This document shows, one piece after another, positions 23,496-36,368 of a DNA stretch of 64,000 nucleotides (positions within the stretch are counted from its first letter, which is position 1; each line of letters begins with the position of its first letter). Both the position numbers and the translations under genes were made by a program. Below the pieces are notes generated by a model. The model saw only the letters and a list, made by a program, of their open reading frames with translations, ran no database searches and was not told the DNA's origin. The DNA comes from Paragordius varius. Taxonomy: Eukaryota; Animalia; Nematomorpha. Location: contig OZ176054.1 in NCBI GenBank assembly GCA_964247055.1, positions 11,346,001 through 11,410,000 of the forward strand, written 5' to 3'.

Positions 23496-25531
23496 TTGTG
23501 ATGGAATAATTTTATGTAATAATCAATTTTTTTAAAAACTTATATAAATTGAATATACCTTCATGTATTATCTTATATAGACATAAAAATGGCTACTTTC
23601 TATTAGACAATGAGGCATAAACGGCTTAAAAAAAGTTTTTTATTTTAAAAGTTTATTAAAAAAATATATTTTACATATATGCTTCAAACATTCACACCAC
23701 CTCATTTGTATGATAAGGCGCGCTCTTTGCTTTTGATACAAAATCTTTTTCGATGATATATTAACAAAATTACATTTTTAAGATAAATTAATCAAAAATA
23801 TTTAAAAAGAGATTCCTTTAACTGCCATGATATCAATTATTATCTTAAGTCGTTAACACACAATTGTTTGATCAATACATTTTTAACCCATATATATTTC
23901 CTTAGTAAACAATCTACAAAATAATTATTAGCATTTAAAACATATTTCGATTTTGTCGCTTTGTAAAGGAGAGTATAGTTTACTATAATTTATTTAACTA
24001 TATTTGTAAACATTACACAAAAAGTGTCGATTCAAAGATACTCACCTTTATTACATTATAAATAAAATATTTAATGGTATGATAAATAATTACCAAAGGT
24101 TTCGATTTTTAATGTCATGTTGCGAAGATTTCTAAGTTTGGATATTCCATTATCTAACATATGAATAAATTTCAATCATTAAATTTTATTAACACTTCGA
24201 TCAAGGTTTATAATGCTATAAGAATATAAAGCATATGATCTCAATTTAAAGCTTCAATTACAATAAAAATAATTATATATGGCTAATTATCTATGGCTAA
24301 TTATCTATCATGAACTCTCCTCATTTATTTCGAATTATTTGGAAAGGCGTTTTTATGAAAATGGATATTTATTTGAAAATTCAGATTTTGAAAATGTTTA
24401 AATTCAAATTTTTAAACATTTTTTTGGATAAAAGTCGGAAATCAAAAATCTAATTTTATTACATACGCATCAAGCTAATTTAAAAATTATTATATTCAAA
24501 CATTTTTTCCTCATTTGTGCATGGAGCGAAAAAATATTGACTCAAAGCGTGTTTACACAAAACTTATTTTGACCAGAATTCAAAATTTTACCCTAAAATT
24601 ATTAACAAAAATATTAATTATTGGTGTAATTTCATCCTCTATAACATAAATATATATGGATCAGGCTTTACATGTAATCTAAAGACACATTGAGAATAAA
24701 TAGGCTGGATCTATGGATAATTAAACAAAGAACACGGAAAAAGAAATAAATTCTCCCTTAACCATGATTATTATCGTTCAGAGTTCGGTTCAAAACTTTA
24801 ACTTGACAAAATTGGTATATTCAACAGTATAAAACAATTTATATATCGACACTTCAAATTATTTTATTTTAATTAATATATGGTTGTTTTTTTAAAATAT
24901 ATCATATCTGCCGCTAGAATATAAAGCCCCTCAAGCAAAAAGTTGGTAAGATAGTAGAGGAAAAAGCATATTTCTATAAAATCTTTGTTTTTTAAATTTT
25001 ATACAGCCAAAGTAATTAGGTTGAGCGTTGTATATGGAAATCAACGGTCCCTTGACCACACATTTATGCATCCCAATTAATTAAACCAAACATTGAAAAC
25101 GTTAATTATCCATAAATATGGTTGACATTATTTATACTAAAATTCTATTAGAAAATTAATAAAGAGATACGAATTTACTATTAAATTTATATATTGTAAT
25201 TACATGGCAAATGTTTATGAAATATATTTAAAATTATTATTACTTTTTCGTAAGGCATTTTCACATTTATAGGGTCCCAATATACATGCAACAACAATCA
25301 ATAATGTGTTAATCAGATAAATTTTAGCCATTTTAGTAAAAAAAGCAAATAAGGAAAAGAAATTTTTTCGAGTTATATATATAAGTTTTTTTATCGATAC
25401 AAATCTAAAATACGTATGTACAAACTGGATATATCATCGCCCTTCGCGTATTTTTTGGTTAAAAACAATCAATCGAATCTAAAAATAAGTTTAAATTTTT
25501 ACAATATATATAAAACACTTTTGATTGCGCT

Positions 25532-26070
25532 ATCAATTATTTCAAAGTGATATATTAGAAGATATATAATTTTATAGGCAATAAAAATTGATAAATTACT
25601 CATTTCGTATATTCTGAAATATTTTATCTATAAAATATGAAATTGAGCCAGGTATATAAAACCGGATGTTTGTTTAATGTATTTTTTATCGTTTAAATAA
25701 TAATAATAATAACAAAAAACGAATCTTATATCAATGTAATATATTTAAAGTATTAGGCTATAATTAATTCAACAAGTATTGAGCTACTCAATTAAAATAA
25801 TCAATCAATTATTTCAAAGTGATATATTAGAAGATATATAATTTTATAGGCAATAAAAATTGATAATTTACTCATTTCGTATATTCTGAAATATTTTATC
25901 TATAAAATATGAAATTGAGCCAGGTATATAAAACCGGATGTTTGTTTAATGTATTTTTTATCGTTTACATAATAATAATAACAAAAAACGAATCTTATAT
26001 CAATGTAATATATTTAAAGTATTAGGCTATAATTAATTCAACAAGTATTGAGCTACTCAATTAAAATAAT
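25532..26070. repeat. Near-identical tandem duplication, about 272-bp unit x2
   Basis: atcaattatttcaaagtgatatattagaag...gagctactcaattaaaataat occurs at 25532 and again at 25804 with very few differences. Confidence 0.9.
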
Positions 26071-27207
26071 TGAAGATGATATATAGAAAATAACTAATTT
26101 TTTGTTTTTATAATAGCACGTTTAAATGCTTATCAGTCAGTCTTTTAATAGTTATAACTAGATAATTATACTATACAACAATGAAAGATGTAGGAATACA
26201 AAACTTACCAATTAAATAGCCTCCAATAGGGCTCATATCTAAGGTGACCAGATTTTTTGAAGGAAAAAAGGGGACAAATCTGAGAAGGAGGGGGGGTCAT
26301 TGGGGGGTACAACCAAAAATTTTTATACAAAAAATTCATTGTAATATTTATTTATTTTCAACACAAATACATTATAAATATAAAAAAAATTGTACCTTAC
26401 AGGTTTTGTACCTTATTCAATATATTTACATGTGCCCGAACAAAGGGTGAAGTGATTGTAAAATTCTAGAAAAAAATAATAAAGACGAAATCATCGCAAA
26501 GTGCGCTGGGTGATGCAGGAAGCGGCACAAAAAATATTTTTAACAATTTAGCGAATAATCTTAATCAAAACATTATTGGCAGATACACAATGCTATTTAA
26601 ACAGCTACTGATTTGTTACCCCTGGATGTGGATGTAGATGTTAAAATGCTGGGATATTGTAGAACTGTTGGTTAGCTCTTTTGCCAGCGATTGAAATATT
26701 TATAAAAATGTGATCTCCTAGAATTCTATTTTTTATCACAGGACAAAGGTCAAAATTCCAAGTCAAAAAAAGGTTAGAAAATAATTTTATACCATTATCT
26801 AAATATTATAAAGCATCCAGAAAAACAAGTCTCAATGAATAGTCAGAGTATAAAAATGTTTTATACAAACAGAAACGAGTTTGGAAGACAAGACGGTGCA
26901 CAATGACACTTTTTAATGAAGTCCCATTATTAAATAAATATATTGATAATGAAAACTTAAATTATGGACAACAGAAAAAAATACGTAGGATAGAAATGGT
27001 TAAAATAATCATTTTTAAACAAATTATGTTCCATACAATAATATTTTAATTGTAGAATTTGCATTATCTTTACCTGAACCACTGCTATTGAAGGCGTTTT
27101 TCCACAGTAAATTAAGTATGGACACGGAATCAAATTTAAATGTTGAATAAAAGCCATTTTATGTGTTCAAATATAATTAGACAAATTATGAAGACTTATA
27201 CAATATT

Positions 27208-29106
27208 TTAAGTAATTTTGTTTATTTTTAACATAAAAACTTTATAAAAAGAAAATATTTTATTGGTATATTTTTTGTTTGAGTGAATGCGTTTTAGCAG
27301 ATTATCATCATTTTTTAAAATATTGTAGAAGTCTTCACAAGAATTTGTCAAATTATATTTGACAGATAAAACGGCCTTTATTTCAACATTTAAATTTGAT
27401 TTTTCCGATGTCCACACCTGAACTGTGGAAAAAACGCGCTCAGTAGCAGCGTTGGTTCCAGGTAAAGATAGTGCGAATTCCACAATTTTTAAAATATTAT
27501 TGTATGTAATATAGTTGGCTTCAAAATGATGAAATATTTCCAACCATTTCTTTTCTACTGTATATTTTATAATTTAAGTTTTTCATTATTATTATATCTT
27601 TTAACTAATGATACTTCAGAAAAAAGATCATTTTCTGAAAGATTACTTTTTGAGAATTTTTAGTAGCAGATATAATAAAATGATTTTTGAACATCGCACC
27701 AATTAAATTCTGATATTAATGTTATCCAATGAAAATGATCAATTTCATTGAATTCCGTCGTCCGGTCTTCCAAATAATCTTTACAGTTTGTATAAAACAT
27801 TTTTATATGGTACAGGATATCTTGGCGATTTATTAAGCCTTGTTTTTCTAAATTATTTATTATATTGCGGATGGTTAATGGTATAAAATTATTTTCTAAC
27901 CGTTCTTGACATTGGAATTTTAGGTTACTAACTTCATTGGCTACGATTGCCAAAATTTTGTCACCTACTATAAATTTAATAACATAAAGAGAGAAGCTTG
28001 ATTGTGTAAGAATTCTAACCATATTTTTGAAGAATCACCTTCAAAAAACATTTTTAAAGTTGTAGGACATTTGTCTTGTGATAAAAAAAGATTTTAAAGG
28101 ATCATACATTTTTAATTCTTTCGATAGCTGGCATAAAAGCTAACCAACGAGTTTTACAATATCCAAGCATTTTTTGATATTGAACTTTTGCATTTTCACA
28201 GAATTCTTTAAGCGTTTCAACACGCACCGTGTATATATAAAAATAGGAATATATTTTAACAACTACATTTTCCACATCTAGGGGTAACAAATCAGCAGCT
28301 GTTTGAATAGCGTTGTGTATTATATGCGCTGCACACCCAACGCCAATAATGTTTTAATCAAGATTATCTGTTAATTTATGAAAAATATTTTTTGTTCCTC
28401 TCCTTGCTTTTTCACCAAAGTTCGTATTGGTGTTGTTAGCGCAATATGCGATAATTTTGTATTTTAAATTATTTTTTTCTAGAATATGCATTATTGAAGT
28501 AAATATTATTTCGGAATTTTCACCGGGTAGAGAAATTAAATATAAAATTTTAATTTTTACTCCGGTTTCTGAATCAAAATATCTAATTAAAGTGGGAAAT
28601 AATTTTGTTTCATGGTGATTTGATGCATCAAAGTATAGGGATAAGAAATTAATTTTCAGCAAATCTTTTTGTATTTCAGAAAATGCATGTGGCGAAAGGA
28701 CATTGCACACAATGGCTTCAGCCTTTGTACGGGCACATGTAAATTTTTTATGGAATAACGTGCGAATAACCTGTGAGGTACAGTCCATAGATCTAAAGGA
28801 ATGATTGTGATTAGCGGCGTGAAAAGATAACACGCACTCAGCTAGTGCCAAATTCTTTTCTTCCGTTCCAAAAGCGTTTTTTCGAAAAAAATCGCTCATT
28901 TTGTAAGATGATGCCGCCATATCTAAACATTTTTTATGTTTCTGTGTTTCCATATGCTTTGTAATATCATGCTTGCCGCCATGTGCTAGGGTGAATTCCC
29001 CCTCGCATATAAGACATTTAACAGATGATTCATTCTTTGTTTTTTTGATAAAAGGAAAATCTTTCATTAATTCATCGTTGAATTTACAACCTTTTTTTGT
29101 GCTCAT
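27208..29106 (-). pseudogene. hAT transposase, frameshifted
   Basis: N-terminal zinc finger CLICEGEF...HGGKHDITKH, then YFDASNH, CAAH-like motif, KTRWL, and C-terminal dimerisation motif SLPGTNAATERVFS, split over several ORFs. Confidence 0.88.
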
Positions 29107-29124
29107 ATTTATAAACTACTATTA

Positions 29125-29500
29125 GTTTAATAAATATTATATTACCTTAATTTTCTGGAGTAAACGTGTAAGCTACCGATTTGTGGTATTAATTTGACTT
29201 TTTAATAATGTTGGCAATAATAAAACCTAAAATATTAGTATAATAAATATTATATTACCTTAATTTTCTGAAATAAACGTGTAAGGTACCGATTTGTGGT
29301 ATCAATTTGTCTTTTAAGCTACCGATTTTGGGTATTAATTTGGCTTTTTAATAATGTTGGCAAGTAATAAAATTAAAATATTAGTATAATAAATATTATA
29401 ATACCTTAATTTTCTGGAATAAACGTGTAAGGTACCGATTTGTGGTATTAATTTGTCTTTTAATCTAGGGATTTGTGGTATTAACTTGGCTTTTTGATCA
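29125..29500. repeat. Imperfect tandem repeats (about 115-150 bp, three copies) upstream of the transposase start
   Basis: Recurrent taaatattatattaccttaattttctgg..taaacgtgtaag.taccgatttgtggtat block. Confidence 0.75.
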
Positions 29501-30109
29501 TGATGACAGTAGTAGTAGGAAGCAAAGTGTATATATGATATAAATTCGAAAATAATAAATATTTTTAATTTAAAAATAAAAATTTTTAATTTAAAATTGA
29601 ATAGATTTTAAAGATAGTTAATGATAAAAAATTTAAACGGATAAAAAAAATTTATTTTTATTAAAAAAAAATCTTTTTTATATAATCGTGAAAAGCGGGA
29701 CATTTTAAAAACGTAGCGGGACGCGGGACAAAGTGTGAAAACGCGGGACGTCTGGTCAGCTTACTCATATCCGTAGGAGAAACCTTTTTTCAAATAAATT
29801 GTGATAATTACCATGTTTAATTTACATTAAATAAATTAGAAGAACAGAGTTTTATACAAATTAATATATAATTTTTTTTACTTCCTTTAATAAACTGTAA
29901 AATAAAATTGGCATGGGTTTTTTGAAATAAATTACTATTAAAATTATATATAAAAAATTTAATTCTTGAAATTAAATTTACTATGGTCATAATTAAACAT
30001 ATATTTTGCTTATATTAACATTAACTTGTTATTCCTTGTCAACGGAATAATGCATGTTATTAAAAGAAATTGATTTTATGGACAAAAAATTTAGGCACAT
30101 CATATTATC

Positions 30110-31139
30110 GTCTTTGTATAATGGCTAGCCATTGTATCCGTATAGAAGCTGTCTATATTATTTGCGATCCTGCCAGGCGTTATCATCAATATTGGCAACA
30201 CTTAAATCATTTTTTATTGTTTTTCCCGGTTACTTGGTCTATTCCTGCGATTGTTACCTTCGGGATGTAGGGATAAAATTTAATTTGTCCATTGTTCTGG
30301 AGCACGTTTGATGTGTCCGAAATATCTAAACCTATTTTTTCTGAGCATAACAATTAAAGGTTCGATTTGGTACAGTTGATGCAAATTTGAATTTGACTTA
30401 TTGGGATCGAATAAATTTAGCATCCGCTTTTCTATGTTCATTAGTTTTTTCTAGATTGAATTTGTCTTCAGCCATGTCTCGCTTCCATAGAGGAGTATGG
30501 GACGTATGACGGCTTTGTGGATCAAACCTTTGTTTTTTGCTGATATGTGTCTATTTTTGAGCACAAATTTAAGTTGATGATATTTTACCCAAGCCCGTTG
30601 GGATCTATATTGAACTGACTGGTTTATTCCACCTAAATGTGAGACATCGCCCAAGTATTTAAAATTATTTACCAATTCGATTTTGGCGTCTGCCATACAA
30701 AGGTAATTTATTGAAGTGGGTGAGTGATTTATTGTTTTATTTTTGCATGATTCAAATATAAATTTATCATTGTTGATTAATGTCCCTTTTATAAGCGAGC
30801 ACTTTTTGTGTCCACTTATTGCATGATGTACATAGGATTGAATTGATGAGTTTATCTAAATCACATACTCCACATGGAAACTTAGGTCGTTTCTATACAG
30901 TTTTACCGTATCAGCACCTGTGTTTTGCTTATGTTTATCTTCATTCAACCTGTTTTACTTTTGATTTAATTCATCCATTGATGTTGCGGTGAGGACAATG
31001 TCGTCCGCATAGATAATTTCCCATGGTGGGCCTTGTTTTATAACTTTTGTTTAGTAATCCATTATTAAAATGAAAAGTAAAGGGCTTAGGATGGAGCCTT
31101 GTTGAAGACCAGATTCGTTTGGAACAAAAGTTGTGTTGC
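30110..31139 (-). mobile_element. RTE-like LINE, 3' part (RT C-terminal half and tail); 3' end approximate
   Basis: GLQQGSILSPLLF, IIYADDIVL, FKYLG and RPILLYGSETW motifs. Confidence 0.85.
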
Positions 31140-34100
31140 TAATAGAAGTAAAGTTATATTACACAGAAAACATTTATTAAATACCATAATCAAACATGTG
31201 TCTACGACAGTAGGATCTAACTTAACATCACCCTTTCCCTGTCCTTGATACTATGTGGTGGGTGTCGGATTCGTGTAGAGTATCGCCGTTCTGTATGAGT
31301 GTCAGTGGTAGGTGTTATAGTGGGTGTTTGTTGGGATGGCAACTCAATGATGGGTTCCGAGGGTTGAGGCGGAGGTAAGGTCGGGGCTTCGGTCGTGGCA
31401 GTAGGGTACCTAACATATAGGTCATGCGATGGTGTATTTTCTTCGGGCGAAATTGTCTTTCCCATTATTCTTTTACCTCCTTCCCTTGATCTCAGCTGAT
31501 CGGCGTGTTTTCGGATGATTTTTTATCATCTCGTATTTCATATGAGAGTAATCCGAGTCGTTTATTTACAATTCCTTCTCGCCAACCATTCGCTAGTTCA
31601 TTTTTTATATATACTTTTTCGTTTTCATGGATTCGTGATTCGGTTGTACATCGTCTAAGAAGTCTATTTGTTGATATTGTAGCCATGTGATTGGATTGGG
31701 TAGGGTACATTTTAGGAAAAGTTGAGCGGGACATGTATATGTAGCACTGTTTATGTTATTGCGGTATGCCCAAAGCGTGTCATTTATTTTTGATTGTAGG
31801 TCACCGTCTTCTGCTGACTGATAATGTATTTTGAGGGCATATATCACTCGTTCCACCATTCCGTTCGTTGTTGGATGATAGGGAACTGATGTTACCTTAA
31901 TGTTTCCTGTTTCCATGAATTTTATAAGCTCCTCAGATGTAAAGTAAGACGCGTTGTCGGTTACTATCATTCTTGGATATCGACTGAAACATTCGTCTAA
32001 GAAATTTAAGATATTTTTGGTCGATTTTATGTTCGATAGTTTAACTTCGACCCATCGAGAATAACTGTCAATAAGAACTATCCAATAATAATTGTCTATC
32101 AGGCCTGCTATATCTAGGATCTCTCCCATATTGCTGTGTTAGTTCCAATTGTATGTGGGACAGTTTTCGCATCGGACGGTTTTCTTGACACTTTTTCACG
32201 TATCTACACTTTTTTATGTCGCTTTCAATGTTGTGCCAAAAGACTATTTGTTTTGCTTGTTCGTACATTGCTTTGGACCCGGGGTGTCCGACGTGCAATA
32301 GTAAGATATTTATTTTTTGAGATTCGGGAATTACTAATCTATCATGCCAATATAATAACCCGTATGTATTTTCAATTTCAATTCTAAGACTGTGTGGATG
32401 TAAAATTTTATTGGACCAGTTGTTTGTTTTTAGTGTAGTAATACCTGTTTTAATACGGGGTCGGTTTCGGTCTGGGTTCTAATATGGTCACGATTTCTAT
32501 TGAATAGATTACTATTGACAAATCTTACATGTTCTGCTGTTTGAAGGCTTTCTGTGCCTTGTTGTTGTGGTTCTGTCGGCATGCGGGACAATGGATCTGC
32601 AATGTTTTCGTGGCTTCTAATGTACCGTCGATTGTAAAATTAAATTCGCTAGCTTTATATATACAACGTAGTAGCTTGGGATTATTTATTTGGTCTAGTT
32701 TAAGATTATTTCCAAAAAGCTTTATTAGTGGTTTGTGATCAGTAGGCAGTTCAAATTTCTTCCTTGTAATAAACGTTCTAAATTTTTCAAAAGCGAAAGG
32801 TATGGCTTGTGATTCTTCTATTACTGAATAATTTTCTTCAGGTTTGGACCACTTTCTAGATGCGTAGGCAATGGGTTTATTTATGCCCTTCTGAGTGGTC
32901 TGTAGTAACACTGATCCGTACCCTTTATTCGAGGCGTCTATTTCGATTATTATAGGTAACCAAGGGTTGAACGGAGTTAGTTTAACAGTATGGCACATTA
33001 AATTTTAGGCTCTGTTAAAACAGTCCTCGTGGTTTTTGGTCCATATCCAGGGTTTTTACAACTGCTTAGGTCGTGAAGTATAGCCAAACTTCCATGCAAT
33101 TTCGGGAGGAATCGTGTGTGAAAATTTAAGCCTAAGAAGGACTTGAGTGTTGTTTTGTCAACAGGGTCTTGAGAAGTCTTGTATGGCTTTAACTTTATCA
33201 GCGGCTGGTCTACCGTTTTTTGATATAACATATCCCAAATAGCTTACAGAAGGTTGAAAAAGTTTTAGTTTGCTTTTACTTTCCTTGCGGTTTTTTCCTG
33301 TTATTAAATTATCCTCTAAATATACAGCTGTTCCTGGGCAGTCACCTAAAATCTTATCCATTAATCTTTGAAAAATGCAGGGGCGCTTGTTAGGCCAAAG
33401 GGAAGCCTTTTATATGTATACCCCACGGGTGTGGTGAATGTTAGTAACTTTTGACCTTGACCTATTGGCAATTGCTGATATGCGTCTTTCAAATCGATTA
33501 CCGAAAATGATTCTCCTAATCCTATTTTGGAAACTAATTCGTCAAATGTCGGTATATTATGACTGTCATTTACTAATGTGGATTTATTGCAACACGATAA
33601 TTTGCACATAACCATAAAATACCATTCGCTTTTGTTATACAAACAATAGGGGTGGCCCAGGTTAGTTTCTCAGTCGTAGGGTCTAATAGTTTGATTATGT
33701 CCGTTTCTAAAAGTCTCTTAATTTCAGAGTCGACATTTTCTTTTAACGGTATCGGGATGTGACACTTAAAAATTTTTGGTTTTGATTGTTTTTTAAAAAA
33801 AGTTTGATAGGGGTAGGGAACCCTAACTTTTCATAAAAAAATGAATTAAATTTATTAACAAGTGAATTTTCCTTAAATATATTATTATTAAATTTACAAC
33901 AATTTATCAACTATTTTATGGCATTCGGTAATTCTTGTAGCAAATCCCAACTAAGAATTGCCGGGGCTTTCTTGCCGCTTACAACCATACACGCCAAAGA
34001 TTTTGTTTCACCATCGCATTGTACCGTGACCATACAACTACCCTTGGAATTGATTCTTTGTCCATCATAGCTATACGAATCTGGGCCTGTTTGTTGCAAC

Positions 34101-35028
34101 TCGGGCTCCCCAATTTTTTCCCACGCTTGACCATCAATTATAGATACGCTTGAAACTGTGTCTATAATCATGCGTATTGGCTTGCCATTTATTATTTTTG
34201 TTATCTTGGGGGTGGATCCAGATTCGACATGCTGAACGTTGCTAATCCTTTTCTTCTTAGAGCACGATTGGAAGTGATTCGAGCCTTGGCACTTATAACA
34301 TTGTTTGCCCCAAGCTGGGCATCTGCCGGGTGCATGACCTAACCCGCAGAATCGACACTTGTTTTGGTATTTCCGAGCTGTAGTCTGCAATATCTGATCT
34401 ATTGTTGTTAGTTGGTGTGCTTTTTCATAGTTGATGGCAATGTTTACCACTTTTAGGGTTACGGTTTCGTTTCCCCACATGGCATCGGGGAATCTAGTAA
34501 ACAGATCTAGTTCTATTTTTTCCACTCCCATTGCAATGAACTCGCGAATTTTTTCATCGATGTCAAGCTTGAGTTGCATTTTGAGGCTCGGTTTTGACTC
34601 GTAAAAGGAATTCCGTAAATGTTTTATTTTTTTTCCGACGATGTTTTACGAAATATAATCTGGCCTGGAATATATTTGTCCTATTCGATACGTAAATTTT
34701 CCTGCCGGCTTCAATGATGTCCGGCCAGGAAGTATTATCAAGCGAATTTGGGAAAGGAATTGTTCGAATTTCTTTGTGACTTACATTGCTGCATAAGTGA
34801 GAAATAACGTGCAATTGTTGTCGTTTGCCGTCATGTTTTTTGCAGCTAGCATACGCTGAATGTATAAAACGTATCGCTCAAAATTTTCCTTTTCATCAAA
34901 CCTTTCCAGAGAAATTTTTGCCAGGTTAATTGACGCGCCAATATAGAAGTAAAGTTATACTACACAGAAAACATTTATTAAATACCAAAATCAAACATGT
35001 GTCTACAACAGTAGGATCTAACTTAACA
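31140..35028 (-). mobile_element. Ty3/Gypsy copy 2 (same family as copy 1) with short 87-88 bp LTRs, decayed
   Basis: LTRs at 34942-35028 and 31140-31227; TSD GCATC/GCAAC (1 mismatch); gag-PR-RT-RH-IN ORF fragments highly similar to copy 1. Confidence 0.92.
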
Positions 35029-36290
35029 GATGCCTAGTGTTAATCTGACGCATTTTGTTATTTTGTGGTCATTTCTATAGATGATTATCCAGTCATCTAC
35101 GTTGTTGTATCGTAGTGTGGATGTGATTAACTTCCTGGGGATACAATCAAAAACCGTTTGAAAATCAACATTTCGATAAATATTCTCTTGCAATCTTCTC
35201 AAAATGAAGATTGCATCGATTGTGGTACTGTTTGGTTTATAGTCATATTGGGATTCCTGTATGTTGCTGATTGATCTCAGTGATGATTCAATAATGGCTT
35301 CAAAATTTTTTAACAGGTGCTCCAACAACTTTAGTGGTAGGAGGACCAAACGAGTATGTCTCCTTTGTTTTTATAAATGGGTATAATGGTGCTTTTTGTC
35401 CAATCATTAGGGATACGATTTGACAAGATTAGATTAAATATATTAGTTAAATGTGGAATGCATTGGGGTAAATATTTATCATTTCGGATGAGTTCAGATG
35501 GACCAGTTGCTTTGTTATTTCTTATCTTGGCCAAGGCATCTCTTACATAGTCTGTTGTTATCAATGGTCGGGGACCAATTGCTGGTGGTTGGTTTATTGT
35601 TTCCAAATCATGTATTTGTGCGAATTGTTCTTGGTAATCTGTGGTCCAGACATTGCTTATGTCTCTCCAATCAGTTGCTAGATGTTTAAGTTTATTTTTA
35701 AGATAGAAATTTTTTTTAATGTCCTTTTTATTATTGTTAACTGAATTTATTGTCCGGAAAATCTTATGCTTTTTCATGTCTTGTTCTAATTCTTTAGCTA
35801 AATCCAAAGCTTTTTTGTTGGCTGAAATATTGATGGCTTGTTGTAAATTTTTATTTGATTTGTAATATGATTCCAAGTCTCTTTTATCTTTTGTTTGTTT
35901 CCATCTTTTGTAGTTATTGCGTTGAATTTTGATTAAAGGTTTTATGGATTCTGACCACCGAAAATTTGATTGTTGATTTCTCCTGTATATTTTCTTTCTG
36001 CCACAAAAATTAAGCACATTTGGGATAATGCTGTTTTTAAAATTATCCCAAGCTTGTTCAGATGTTCTGTGGTTGAGGCCGAGCGCTGCATCAGTTTTTG
36101 AGAGTTTTGGGTTTCTGGTTACTATGGTGATTTGTTTATTGTTATTATTGCTACAATCAATTTATGTTGTGTATCAGTGAGATATGTTTTGATCTTTGAT
36201 GAATTTTCTATCTAGTATAGGTGTTAAAATGTAGTCTACCATAGAGTTTGATTACCACTTGTGTAAATTATAACATGGTCATATAACTCT
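35029..36290 (-). mobile_element. RTE-like LINE, 5' part (endonuclease C-terminus and RT N-terminal half), 5'-truncated
   Basis: MVDYIL-type endonuclease motif, KATGP, IIPIYKNKGD, KLLEH, STTIDAIFILRRLQE and VDFQTVFDCIP motifs; joins 31139 across the Gypsy insertion. Confidence 0.85.
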
Positions 36291-36368
36291 TAAAACCATT
36301 TATTTAATTTGTTACACATAATAATTATTTATAACAAAACAGCATATCAAATATTAGAGTGGTATATT

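Larger units (their letters stand above)
26240..29763 (-). mobile_element. hAT DNA transposon, full length but decayed
   Basis: TIRs taaggtgaccaga / taagctgaccaga; perfect 8-bp TSD CTCATATC at 26232-26239 and 29764-29771; subterminal gggac repeats. Confidence 0.92.
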
